Shown piece after piece: positions 1 through 8,173 of a stretch of DNA of 32,000 bases. Source of the DNA: Candidatus Nanoclepta minutus (GTDB lineage: Archaea; Nanobdellota; Nanobdellia; Nanobdellales; Nanobdellaceae); the NCBI GenBank assembly GCA_003568775.1, contig MWMI01000001.1:1-32000 (forward strand), read 5' to 3'. The notes under the pieces were generated by a model. That model was not told the origin of the DNA. It worked only from the letters and a program-made list of their open reading frames with translations, and ran no database searches. A program made the position numbers and the translations under genes. Numbering within the stretch: position 1 is the first letter of the stretch; each line of letters starts with the position of its first letter.

Positions 1-725
1 ATTGTAAATAATATTGATAGAAAGATCTTTGGAGTTAAATTCAGTCCAAACCTCCTTATATATGTTTTAATAATGTAATAAAAATTAGGAAATTTTTCAA
101 GAATAATATCTGATATATCACCAAAAATTCTATTAGATAAAGCTATGAAAATCCTAGGTATATCTATCTCCAATTTCTTCTCTTCTTTTCTCATCCTTTT
201 TAGAATTTTCTTATTCAGCAAAATAACATCTTCTTTCTTTTTTTCTTTTTTTGATTTTTCAATAAAAGGCAATATCCTTTTATCTAACTCTATCTCTTCT
301 GCTTTTTCCAATTCCTTCTCTATTTCTAATATCTTTCTCTCGTATTTTGGAGAATATAAATAGGATCCTACTTCACTTATTACCTTTCTTATTGTCCTTA
401 TTGGACTCTCCTCCTTCTTCTTAGAAACCTTTCCCTCACTTTTATATAAATCTTCAACTATTAGCCCTATAGCCTCCTTCATCCTTCCTAAGGTAACTAA
501 AATATCCGATTCTAGATCTAATATTCTTTTATTAATTTTATTGATCTCTTCAATATAGATATTCCTATCTATCCTGTTTTTTATGTAAGAAAGCTCCAAA
601 GTTCTTCTTAAATTTTTATAATCGTAAAGCTCCTTATTCAATCTTTTTAGATTATTAAGCATTTCGAATAAATCCTTGAACTTCTTATTTATATACTCCT
701 TCTTTTCCTGAGAAGTTTTCACCAT
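1..725 (-). CDS. Hypothetical coiled-coil protein, N-terminal part only (gene runs off the window start); possibly a FlaJ/TadC-like platform partner of the divergent ATPase
   Basis: Absent from the ORF track because it has no in-window stop. Hand translation of the minus strand from the ATG (complement of 723-725) is open down to position 3: MVKTSQEKKEYINKKFKDLFEMLNNLKRLNKELYDYKNLRRTLELSYIKNRIDRNIYIEEINKINKRILDLESD...EKKLEIDIPRIFIALSNRIFGDISDIILEKFPNFYYIIKTYIRRFGLNLTPKIFLSILFT. The N-terminus is K/E-rich and coiled-coil-like. The last ~40 aa weakly resemble the start of a T2SS-F/FlaJ repeat. The track ORF 145..363(+) is its antisense shadow. Confidence 0.6.
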   Translation of the reverse strand, partial: MVKTSQEKKEYINKKFKDLFEMLNNLKRLNKELYDYKNLRRTLELSYIKNRIDRNIYIEEINKINKRILDLESDILVTLGRMKEAIGLIVEDLYKSEGKVSKKKEESPIRTIRKVISEVGSYLYSPKYERKILEIEKELEKAEEIELDKRILPFIEKSKKEKKKEDVILLNKKILKRMRKEEKKLEIDIPRIFIALSNRIFGDISDIILEKFPNFYYIIKTYIRRFGLNLTPKIFLSILFT

Positions 726-769
726 ATATTTTTATTTTAAATATCTTAGAATTATATAAAACTAATAAT

Positions 770-2269
770 ATGATGATTAAACTAAACGTTAAACCAGATA
801 TATCATCTATTGATATTCCGGAAAGAATAGAAGAAACAAACATAATATACCCCCTAATAGAGCCTTTTGCGTATGCAAAAATATACTATGAACCAAAAAA
901 ATCTTCAATATACTATAAAGTTCTAGAACCCTCACTTTCGGATTCAGAAAAAAAGCTCTTGAGGGTACTTGAAGAAGGTATAAAGGAACTCTTATTCGTA
1001 AAACTTTCTGAAATTGAAGATTATAGAAAAGTTATAGGTTACTTGGAAAGACTTTATAATACTCTACTAAAAGAGCTATCTATAAAACTATCGAGAAAAT
1101 CGTATGAAAAGATCTTCTACTATATATTTAGGGATATTTATGGATATGGAAAGATAGAGCCATTGATGAGGGATCCCTTCATCGAAGATATCAGCTGTAC
1201 TGGAGTAGGAGCTCCAATATATGTTATTCACAGATATTTTGGAAATCTAGAAACGAATATTACATATGAAAGTGAGGATGAAATACTGAACACAATAGAA
1301 AAATTTGCATTAAGATCAAAGAAATATATTTCATATTCAGAACCTCTATTGGACGCTACCTTACCGGATGGATCAAGAGTTAACGCAACCTATTCAAGGG
1401 AAATTACTACTAGAGGTCCAACTTTTACAATAAGAAAATTTAAAGAAAATCCCTGGACGCCTATAGATCTCATAAGATTAGGAACATCTTCCCCAGAGAT
1501 CCTAGCATTTTTATGGATGGCAATTGAATATAAAAGAAATATAATAATAATTGGAGGTACTTCATCCGGAAAAACTACCTTTCTAAATGCTATTTCTATG
1601 TTTATACCACCAAACTCTAAGATAGTTTCTATAGAAGATACTAGGGAGATAAAACTATACCATAAGAACTGGATACCTGCAACTGTAAAATATTCTAGCG
1701 ATAAAAGTAAGGAAATTGATATGTTCATCTTATTAAAGGAAGCTATGAGACAGAACCCGGATTATTTAATAGTTGGGGAAGTTAGAGGTATAGAAGCTTA
1801 CGTTATGTTCCAAGCTATGGCATCCGGACATGCTGCCCTATCTACCATGCATGCAGAATCACCAGAATCTCTAATATATAGGCTAACTACTCCCCCAATC
1901 AATCTATCAAAGAGTTTGGTAAAACTACTGGATGTTTCAGTTACAATGGCACATTATGTAAGTATTGGAAAAAATAAGAGGATAGTTAAAAGAGTTGATG
2001 AAATAATAGACGAATCTAAGTATAATCCCATCTTCTTTTGGGATCCATCAGAGAATATTTTTAAGACTTCTAATGTATCCTATGTCTTCTCTAAGATACA
2101 AAATGAATATGGGGTTCCTTACGATAGATTAATTAAAGAATTTGATGTAAGGAGAAAATTATTAACGATATTATCTTATTACAAAATATCACCTGAAACT
2201 TTCTCTAAAATTATCAGCTTGTACTACTTAAGAAAAGACTATATACTTTCCTATTTTGGAATTTCTTAA
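770..2269 (+). CDS. Type II/IV secretion-family assembly ATPase (archaeal FlaI/PilB/VirB11-like)
   Basis: 499 aa. Walker A GGTSSGKTTFLNAI, Asp box IVSIEDTREIKL, Walker B region PDYLIVGEVRGIEAYVMFQAMASGH, His box LSTMHAESPESLIYRL. The N-terminal domain is typical of archaeal FlaI-like ATPases. Confidence 0.85.
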   Translation: MMIKLNVKPDISSIDIPERIEETNIIYPLIEPFAYAKIYYEPKKSSIYYKVLEPSLSDSEKKLLRVLEEGIKELLFVKLSEIEDYRKVIGYLERLYNTLLKELSIKLSRKSYEKIFYYIFRDIYGYGKIEPLMRDPFIEDISCTGVGAPIYVIHRYFGNLETNITYESEDEILNTIEKFALRSKKYISYSEPLLDATLPDGSRVNATYSREITTRGPTFTIRKFKENPWTPIDLIRLGTSSPEILAFLWMAIEYKRNIIIIGGTSSGKTTFLNAISMFIPPNSKIVSIEDTREIKLYHKNWIPATVKYSSDKSKEIDMFILLKEAMRQNPDYLIVGEVRGIEAYVMFQAMASGHAALSTMHAESPESLIYRLTTPPINLSKSLVKLLDVSVTMAHYVSIGKNKRIVKRVDEIIDESKYNPIFFWDPSENIFKTSNVSYVFSKIQNEYGVPYDRLIKEFDVRRKLLTILSYYKISPETFSKIISLYYLRKDYILSYFGIS

Positions 2270-2290
2270 AAATAAATTAATCTGGGGTTA

Positions 2291-2306
2291 GGGGTTATAT
2301 AACCCA
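2291..2306. repeat. 3'-flank arm of the 23S processing helix (GGGGTTATATAACCCA on the plus strand)
   Basis: Exact reverse complement of 5244-5259. In the minus-strand precursor the two arms pair over 16 bp and bracket the 23S. Confidence 0.8.
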
Positions 2307-5243
2307 CGGGCTATTGGGAATGGTCGGCTGAACTCCTCGGAATCCCTCGGAGCTTACACCGCCATCCCATCAACGGGGTCTTCTACCCCTGCCCTTAAAG
2401 GCCGCCTCTTTTTGGGGTGGGGTTCGCCCTTAGATGCTTTCAGGGCTTACCCCTTACGGCGTAGCTACCGGGCACCCCCTCGTCGGAGGACCCGTCCACC
2501 AGTGGCCGCGACCCGCCGTTCCTTTCGTACTAGGCGGGCCTTCCCCTCAGGCGGCCAGCACTCCCGACAGTTAGAGACCGAACTGCCTCGCGGCGTTCTG
2601 AACCCATCTCACGACCCCTTTTAATGGGTGAGCACCCCCACCCTTGGTGGCAGCTGCACCACCAGGATAGGGGGAGACGACGTCGAGGTCGCGAACCGCG
2701 GGGTCGATGGGGGCTCTCGCCCGCGACTGCGCTGTTACCCCCGGAGTAGCTTTTCCACCAGCCCGTACCCCCACCAATGGGAGTACGGGGTTCTCTAGGC
2801 CCGGGTTTCCCCTCTGCGCCCCTTGATGTTCAGGGCGCAGTCAGGCCGGCTTTTGGCCTTGTCCTCTACGGCGGAGTTCTGACCCGCCTGAGCCGACCTT
2901 TTGGATCCCGCCGATATCCTTTCGGCGGGGTGCCGCCCCAGCCAAACCGCCCACCTACCGCTGTCCCCTTTCGGGTTAGCCTCTAGAGATCTGGAGGCAG
3001 GTGTTTCAGGATCGCATCTTCCTGACCTAGCGGCCAGGATTCATCGCTCCCTGCTACTCTACACACCAGATCTCTAAAGGCAACAGCAGGCTGCGGTTAA
3101 GCTTCACGGGGTCTTTTCTACCCATCGGGAGTCCCTGGCCTTCTCACCAGGATGGCGTGTTCAGGGGGTCCCGGCCGGGGACAGTGGCGGGCTCGTTACG
3201 CCGTTCGCAAAGCCGGCATTTAACCGGCAAGGCATTACGCTACCTTAAGAGGGTCAGAGTTACCCCCGCCGTTTACCGGCCCTTAGCCCCCTTGAACGGG
3301 GGGTTCAGGTACCGGCACTGGGCAGGCGTCGCCCCCTGTAAAAACCCTTTCGGGCTTTCAGGGAGCTATGTTTTTGATAAACAGTCGGCCCGCCCTTGTA
3401 ACTGCGACCTGCGGTAGCAGGATTGACCCACTACCGCAGGCACCCCTTCTTCCAAAGTTACGAGGCCAATTTGCCGAGTTCCCTCGGCCAGGTTACCCCC
3501 ACGGCCTTAGGCTTTTCACCCAGGGGACCTGTAACGGAGTGCGGTACGGTCGCCCAGGATCGCTCTCCTTTCCCTTTTCAAAGCCGCTGGACCTCGGCGG
3601 AAGATCAGGGTTTAAGCCGGTTCTCGCCATTACGGCACTTCCCGGCCCTATCCCCCTTCGCGCAGGTAACTGGAACTTACTCCAGCCCTGCGTCCGCCTA
3701 GTCCAACGGGTCGGGAAAGGAGCTTGCGTTGCCGCATCTACCTGGGCGGTGGGGGAATATTAACCCCCTTCCCTTTCCCTATCTCCCTCTCGGGAGATAG
3801 GTTAGGACCGACTAACCCCTGGCTGATCTTCATTGCCAGGGAAACCTTTCCCCCTTCGGCCAACGGGATTCTCACCCGTCTGATTCCTACTACCGCGGGG
3901 ATCCTCATTCCGAGCGGCTCCAGAGCCCCTTTCGGAGCTCCTTCTAGGCCACCCGGACGCCCGCCTACCTCATACGGACCAACGGTCCGTAGACCTGAGT
4001 CTCGGCGGCCGGTTTAGACCCGTCCGTCTGCGGGACCTGCCTCCTCGCCGGGTGAGCTGTTACGCACTCCTTAGATGATGGCTGCTTCTAAGCCTACATC
4101 CCCGGTGTCTTAGGAGGCAGATACCCTTCGACATCACTTAACCGGCACTTTGGGGCCTTAACTCAGGTCTCGGTTGTTCCCGTCTCGGATATGCGGCTTT
4201 CCCGCATACCCCGTCTCTCGGGATCTACGGATCCATCGGCTTCGGAGTTGGACCCTGTGAGGTAACCCCCACAGGATCCGTAGCTCTACACCGATGGAAT
4301 CCTAACCCGAGGCTTGACTGGGGCCAATTTCGGCGGGGACCGGCTATTACCGGGCCCGATTGGCTTTTCACCCCTACCCCGAGATCATGGGAGGGATATA
4401 TCCCATCCCTTCGGGCTTCCACGGGTATAAAACCCGCTTCGCCCTATCCCGGGGTAGATCGCCCGGTTTCCGGTCGTACCCGAGTGACTAACCGCTCTTT
4501 CAAACGGGCCCCCTCGGAGACCCTGCGGGGACTCGGTTTCCCTGCGGCTTCGGAGTTAGACTCCTTAGCCTCGCCACTCGGGTACACTCCCCCGCACGTT
4601 CTTCCAAACGTACGGTAGGACGGGATAATCCTGGAGTTGTACTCACCCGTTGCCGGGGCTTTCCAACTCCAGGACCTAACCCGCCCTACCAGACTATCCC
4701 CGTCCGGTTTCAGGATCTTTTCACTCCCTATCATAGGTTCTTTTCACCTTCCGGTCGCCCTACTAGTACGCTATCGGACTTGGGGAGTATTTAGCCTTGG
4801 AGGTTGGTTACCCCCAACTTCCCGACGGAAATCCAACCGCCGGTACTCCGGGAATTAGGAGATCCCAGGTCAAAGCTTCCTACGGGGCTGTCACCCTCTA
4901 TGGCCCCGGACTTCCACCGGAGTTCGGAAGCTTTAACCTGGGATAGCCCTAACCCCTTAACCCCACATCTCCCTTAGGTTTCCCCAAGGGATTCAGTTTA
5001 GGCTATCCCCCTTTCGGTCGCCCCTACTGAGGGGATCTCAATTTGATTTCTTTTCCTGCGGGTACTGGGATGCTTCGCTTCCCCGCGTTCCCCTCCCTTA
5101 CGGGATGCCTGGGTTTTAGCCCAGGCGGGAGTTCCCATTCGGGGATCCGTAGATCAACGGTTGCTTGCACCTCCCTACGGCATATGGCCGCTTGCCGCCC
5201 CCTTCTTCGGCTCCCAAGCCCAGGCATCCACCGGACGGGTTAC
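2307..5243 (-). rRNA. rrl: 23S (large subunit) ribosomal RNA; ends approximate (about +/-20 nt)
   Basis: Continuous GC-rich block in an AT-rich genome. On the minus strand the 5' end reads ...CCGTCCGGTGGATGCCTGGGCTTGGGAGCCGAAG. A sarcin-ricin-loop-like TAGTACGAAAGGAAC is the complement of ~2518-2532. The block is flanked by a perfect 16-bp inverted repeat (processing stem). All track ORFs inside it are P/R/G-rich artefacts. Confidence 0.95.
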
Positions 5244-5259
5244 TGGGTTATATAACCCC
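5244..5259. repeat. 5'-flank arm of the 23S processing helix (TGGGTTATATAACCCC on the plus strand)
   Basis: Exact reverse complement of 2291-2306. Confidence 0.8.
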
Positions 5260-5288
5260 TTCATCCCCCTCATCTTTTATCAGGAATC

Positions 5289-5313
5289 TCTCCCTTACCA
5301 GCTGTAAGGGAGA
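5289..5313 (-). other. Perfect 10-bp stem / 5-nt loop hairpin in the spacer between the RNase P RNA-like gene and the 23S
   Basis: TCTCCCTTAC-cagct-GTAAGGGAGA read directly from the sequence. Function unknown; it could be a leader structure or a 3'-end/processing element. Confidence 0.4.
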
Positions 5314-5400
5314 TCATGACCTAATATAGATATAAATTATAGAGGTCTTATAAATTTTTTATAACTTATTAATGTTCTTTCCTCCCGATAAATAAAGTAA

Positions 5401-5636
5401 GAGCGGTGGCCGTAAGCCGTTTTTAGTATATATTCTTCTGATCGGCAAACCTTTTACCCTTGAGACCCCATTCTCATGATACCAGGATCTCTCCAGGGTT
5501 GCCCCAAGTTACCTCGGGACATAGCCCCTTCATCCTCATCGATTCCTGGTTCTCTATTTCTTGTGGGGTTGCTAGGGATTTCTCCCTCCGACTTTCGTCG
5601 GCCCCTACGGTAAACGGTCTTTCCAACGGCCACCTA
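5401..5636 (-). ncRNA. rnpB: RNase P RNA-like structured RNA (compact, ~230 nt)
   Basis: GC-rich island. On the minus strand the 5' GGTGGCCG pairs with the 3' CGGCCACC (P1-like closing helix). An internal GACGAAAGTCGGAGG resembles the P4 5' strand (GAGGAAAGUCCGG). AAAAACGGCTTA directly before the 3' P1 strand resembles CR-V (ACAGAACCCGGCUUA). CCGAGGTAACTTGGGG resembles the CCAGGUAACGCCUGG hairpin of bacterial M1 RNA. AGGGTAAAAGG resembles the AGGGUGAAAGG module. Confidence 0.55.
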
Positions 5637-5668
5637 TATTTATTAAATTTCAATTAAATATTTAAATT

Positions 5669-5839
5669 ATGGCTGCCAGAAAAGAGGAAGTAGCACCTGT
5701 AAGAAGCTTTGCTGGAATATTTAGGTTTGGTAGAGAACAGTCTAAAATATCAATAGATAAAAATACATTAATAATCATTTCCGTAGGTTTTTCAATTGCT
5801 ATACTGGCCCTTCATCTTATATTTAAATATCTGATTTGA
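5669..5839 (+). CDS. secG: Preprotein translocase subunit Sec61beta (archaeal SecG), 56 aa
   Basis: Below the ORF-track size cutoff; hand translated: MAARKEEVAPVRSFAGIFRFGREQSKISIDKNTLIIISVGFSIAILALHLIFKYLI*. This shows the Sec61beta pattern: a basic N-terminus, S-x-AG-[IL]-x-R-[FY], a ...KI-x-[IP]... segment, and a single C-terminal TM helix. A TATA-like ATTTATTAAA lies ~25-30 nt upstream of the ATG. Confidence 0.75.
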   Translation: MAARKEEVAPVRSFAGIFRFGREQSKISIDKNTLIIISVGFSIAILALHLIFKYLI

Positions 5840-6282
5840 AAATGAAAGGAGAAGATTATGAAGATCTACTTAGAAATGTATTACATATTTATAACGTATC
5901 CCTAAAGAATAATAAAGGATTAGAAACAGTAAAGCATCTGATAAAATCTATTTGTGATCTTTACGATTCGATCATATTAGGTTACCTAAATCAATTAAAA
6001 GAAAAAAACATGATAAAAGATATACCATCGGTCCCACTAAAGAGGTTAGAGGAGTTTGAAAAGAATATTCCAGATGATACTATAAGAAAGTTTATAGATG
6101 AATATAAGATACTAAGAAAATGTCTAAACTCTGAAATATATATAAAAGATGAATATAGGAAATCTATGAAAGTAGTTTGCAAGATATTAAACGAAGAAAT
6201 AGTATTAACCCAAAAAAGGTTAAAAGAAATAGTAGAATCGGCCAAAGAATTTACAAATATAATGTTAAAACACATTGGCTGA
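5836..6282 (+). CDS. Hypothetical all-helical protein (148 aa); the start may be the ATG at 5842
   Basis: Track ORF with normal composition. It is tightly packed between secG (4-nt overlap) and the MinD-like gene (8-nt overlap). No family recognised. Confidence 0.5.
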   Translation: MKMKGEDYEDLLRNVLHIYNVSLKNNKGLETVKHLIKSICDLYDSIILGYLNQLKEKNMIKDIPSVPLKRLEEFEKNIPDDTIRKFIDEYKILRKCLNSEIYIKDEYRKSMKVVCKILNEEIVLTQKRLKEIVESAKEFTNIMLKHIG

Positions 6283-7036
6283 AGTATATTCAATAATATC
6301 TGGAAAAGGCGGTGTTGGAAAAACTTTTTTCTCTATAAATCTAGCAACATCTCTTTCAGAGCTAAAAAGGAAGGTTTTACTTGTTGATGCAAATATAACA
6401 TCCCCAAATATTAGTATCATTCTAAAAATAAAGAACTTCGAAAAAACCTTACATGATTTCCTAAAATTCAAAGCAAATATAGATGAAATAATAGTTAAAA
6501 CACCTTTTGGGTTTGATCTAATTCCAGGAAGCATAAAAATAGAAGATCTAATAGATATAAACCTTGATAGGTTAGATTTAATATCGAAATTAAGAAAAAA
6601 CTATGATTATATTATTTTAGATTCCTCTGCAGGATTGGGGAGAGAGACCTATTCTACGATAAAGATATCTGATGAAACAATAGTAATTACTAATCCTGAA
6701 AAGCCTTCCCTAATGGATGCAATTAGAGCAATTAGGACATCCGAAATATTAGGAATTCCAGTTAAAGGAGTTGTAATAAATAGATATAAGGAAGATATAA
6801 ACCTATCGAAAGTTGAAATAATTTTAGGAAAAAGCATATTAGGTACCATAAGGGAAGATGAAAACGTTAGGGAAAGCTTTAACCTAGGGATCCCACTAAT
6901 AAGCTATCTACCAGAATCTCCAGCATCAGTTGATATTTTAAATATAGCAAGGAAGATTGCAAAAGTTGAAGAAGTTGAGGAAGAAAAACGTCCTGGTATT
7001 TTAGAAAGAATATTAAAGGTTCTTGGATGGAGATAG
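6275..7036 (+). CDS. MinD/ParA-family P-loop ATPase
   Basis: Deviant Walker A SGKGGVGKTFFSINLA, Walker B-like YIILDSSAGLG. The length and layout are typical of archaeal MinD-like proteins. TTG start in the track. Confidence 0.85.
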   Translation: MAEVYSIISGKGGVGKTFFSINLATSLSELKRKVLLVDANITSPNISIILKIKNFEKTLHDFLKFKANIDEIIVKTPFGFDLIPGSIKIEDLIDINLDRLDLISKLRKNYDYIILDSSAGLGRETYSTIKISDETIVITNPEKPSLMDAIRAIRTSEILGIPVKGVVINRYKEDINLSKVEIILGKSILGTIREDENVRESFNLGIPLISYLPESPASVDILNIARKIAKVEEVEEEKRPGILERILKVLGWR

Positions 7037-7293
7037 ACTTAGAAATTGATAAAGTAATAGAAGAAATTAGGAGAAAAAATCCAAAAAAGATATTGTTACA
7101 ATTTCCGGATGGCTTAAAGCCCTATTCTAAAATTATATACGATAGATTGAAGAAAGAATTTCCAGATATAGAAATATTCATATGGTTGGGAGAAACCTTT
7201 GGAGGATGCGATATACCGATTTGGTTGGATAGATACGGATTCGATATGATAATACATTTTGGCCACTTTAAATTTGTAAAAAATGAAGGTTAA
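7027..7293 (+). CDS. dph2: Diphthamide synthase Dph2, N-terminal fragment only (88 aa; split gene or decaying pseudogene)
   Basis: KKILLQFPDGLKPYSKIIYDRLKKEFPDIEIFIWLGETFGGCDIPIWLDRYGFDMIIHFGH aligns by eye with the first ~85 aa of archaeal Dph2 (…RVLIQSPEGL…GEINYGACD…GCDALIHLGH…). It stops where ~250 further residues, including two of the three cluster-binding Cys, are expected. Confidence 0.6.
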   Translation: MEIDLEIDKVIEEIRRKNPKKILLQFPDGLKPYSKIIYDRLKKEFPDIEIFIWLGETFGGCDIPIWLDRYGFDMIIHFGHFKFVKNEG

Positions 7294-7507
7294 CTTATTT
7301 ATAATAGGAATAGCTCTTATTTTCCTTGGAATTTTCTTAATAATATATTCGAGCCTCTTATATAATAAAGATACAGAGTTCGGTTTTATCGGATTAATAG
7401 GGCCATTTCCAATAGTTATAACATCTTCAAAAGAAATTCTTCCTATATTGATAGCTTTTTTATTATTAACTATATTAATTTTGTTTTTATTGATCTTTAA
7501 CCTCTAA
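7283..7507 (+). CDS. Small membrane protein, DUF131/TIGR00304-like (74 aa)
   Basis: Two hydrophobic helices flank GFIGLIGPFPIVITSS, which resembles the (G)PIPIVFGS core of the archaeal DUF131 family. Confidence 0.6.
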   Translation: MKVNLFIIGIALIFLGIFLIIYSSLLYNKDTEFGFIGLIGPFPIVITSSKEILPILIAFLLLTILILFLLIFNL

Positions 7508-8167
7508 ATTATCCTTAAAAAACTTTAATAGATCCTTCAAGTTTTTCATGATTTTATAAACTCCTAAATTTTTTATCTCCTTCTTAGTATTAGCACCTGT
7601 AAGAACTGCAATAACGTTTATACCTGCATTTTTAGCAGAAATTATTCCATATATAGAATCCTCTATAGCTAGACATTCATCAGGCAACAACTTAAGTCTG
7701 TTTAGCGCAAGAATATATGGTTCTGGATCCGGTTTTAGGTTCTTAACATCATCGGAGGTTATAACTACATCAAAGAAACCCTTCAACCCCAAGTTATCCA
7801 AAACTTTTTCAGTAAAAGATCTTGAAGAAGACGTTACTATACCTATTTTAAAACCCTTATCCTTTAAATAAATCAAGAATTCTTTAGCCCCAGGAGTAAA
7901 TTTTATCTCAGATATCAAGCTATCCAATATGCTTTCCCTAACCTTTAAAAATTCTTCAAAAGAGATGTTTAACTTATCTTTGTAAGCGCTATAAATCTTA
8001 TTTGCAAGTTCTACAGGCCCTTCTCCAAAGTTCTTATAGAACCTATCATCGGGTACTATACCAAACTTCTTGAATAGCTCTTCATATGCCTTTCTGTAAA
8101 CCTGTAGAGAATCTATTAGGGTCCCATCAAGATCTATAAATACACCTTTAAGTCTATTAAGTAACAT
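7487..8167 (-). CDS. HAD-superfamily phosphatase (beta-phosphoglucomutase/phosphoglycolate phosphatase-like)
   Basis: Motif I FIDLDGTLIDS, motif II IVTSS, motif III K...AIEDSIYGIISAKNAG. Confidence 0.8.
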   Translation of the reverse strand: MLLNRLKGVFIDLDGTLIDSLQVYRKAYEELFKKFGIVPDDRFYKNFGEGPVELANKIYSAYKDKLNISFEEFLKVRESILDSLISEIKFTPGAKEFLIYLKDKGFKIGIVTSSSRSFTEKVLDNLGLKGFFDVVITSDDVKNLKPDPEPYILALNRLKLLPDECLAIEDSIYGIISAKNAGINVIAVLTGANTKKEIKNLGVYKIMKNLKDLLKFFKDNLEVKDQ

Positions 8168-8173
8168 AACTAG

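Noticed and set aside
145-363. 72-aa plus-strand ORF rich in F/S/I
   Set aside because: It is the antisense shadow of the longer uninterrupted minus-strand frame (1-725). The sequence is low-complexity, with no start context.
2307-5243. Possible intron or homing-endonuclease insertion in the 23S rRNA
   Set aside because: The whole block is uniformly GC-rich with no AT-rich insert and no plausible long ORF. Its length (~2.9 kb) is normal for an archaeal 23S.
5401-5636. Alternative reading of the GC-rich island as SRP (7S) RNA
   Set aside because: I could not find the helix-8 type motifs (…GGAAG…AGCA… symmetric/asymmetric loops) or an Alu-domain start. The GAAAGTC and ACGGCTTA elements sit next to the closing helix, which fits RNase P RNA better. 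A covariance-model test is still needed.
2412-5657. About 15 track ORFs (65-131 aa) on both strands inside the GC-rich block
   Set aside because: They lie within the 23S rRNA and the RNase P RNA-like gene. Their P/R/G/A-rich translations are unlike the K/I/E/N-rich proteome, so they are artefacts of stop-poor GC-rich RNA genes.
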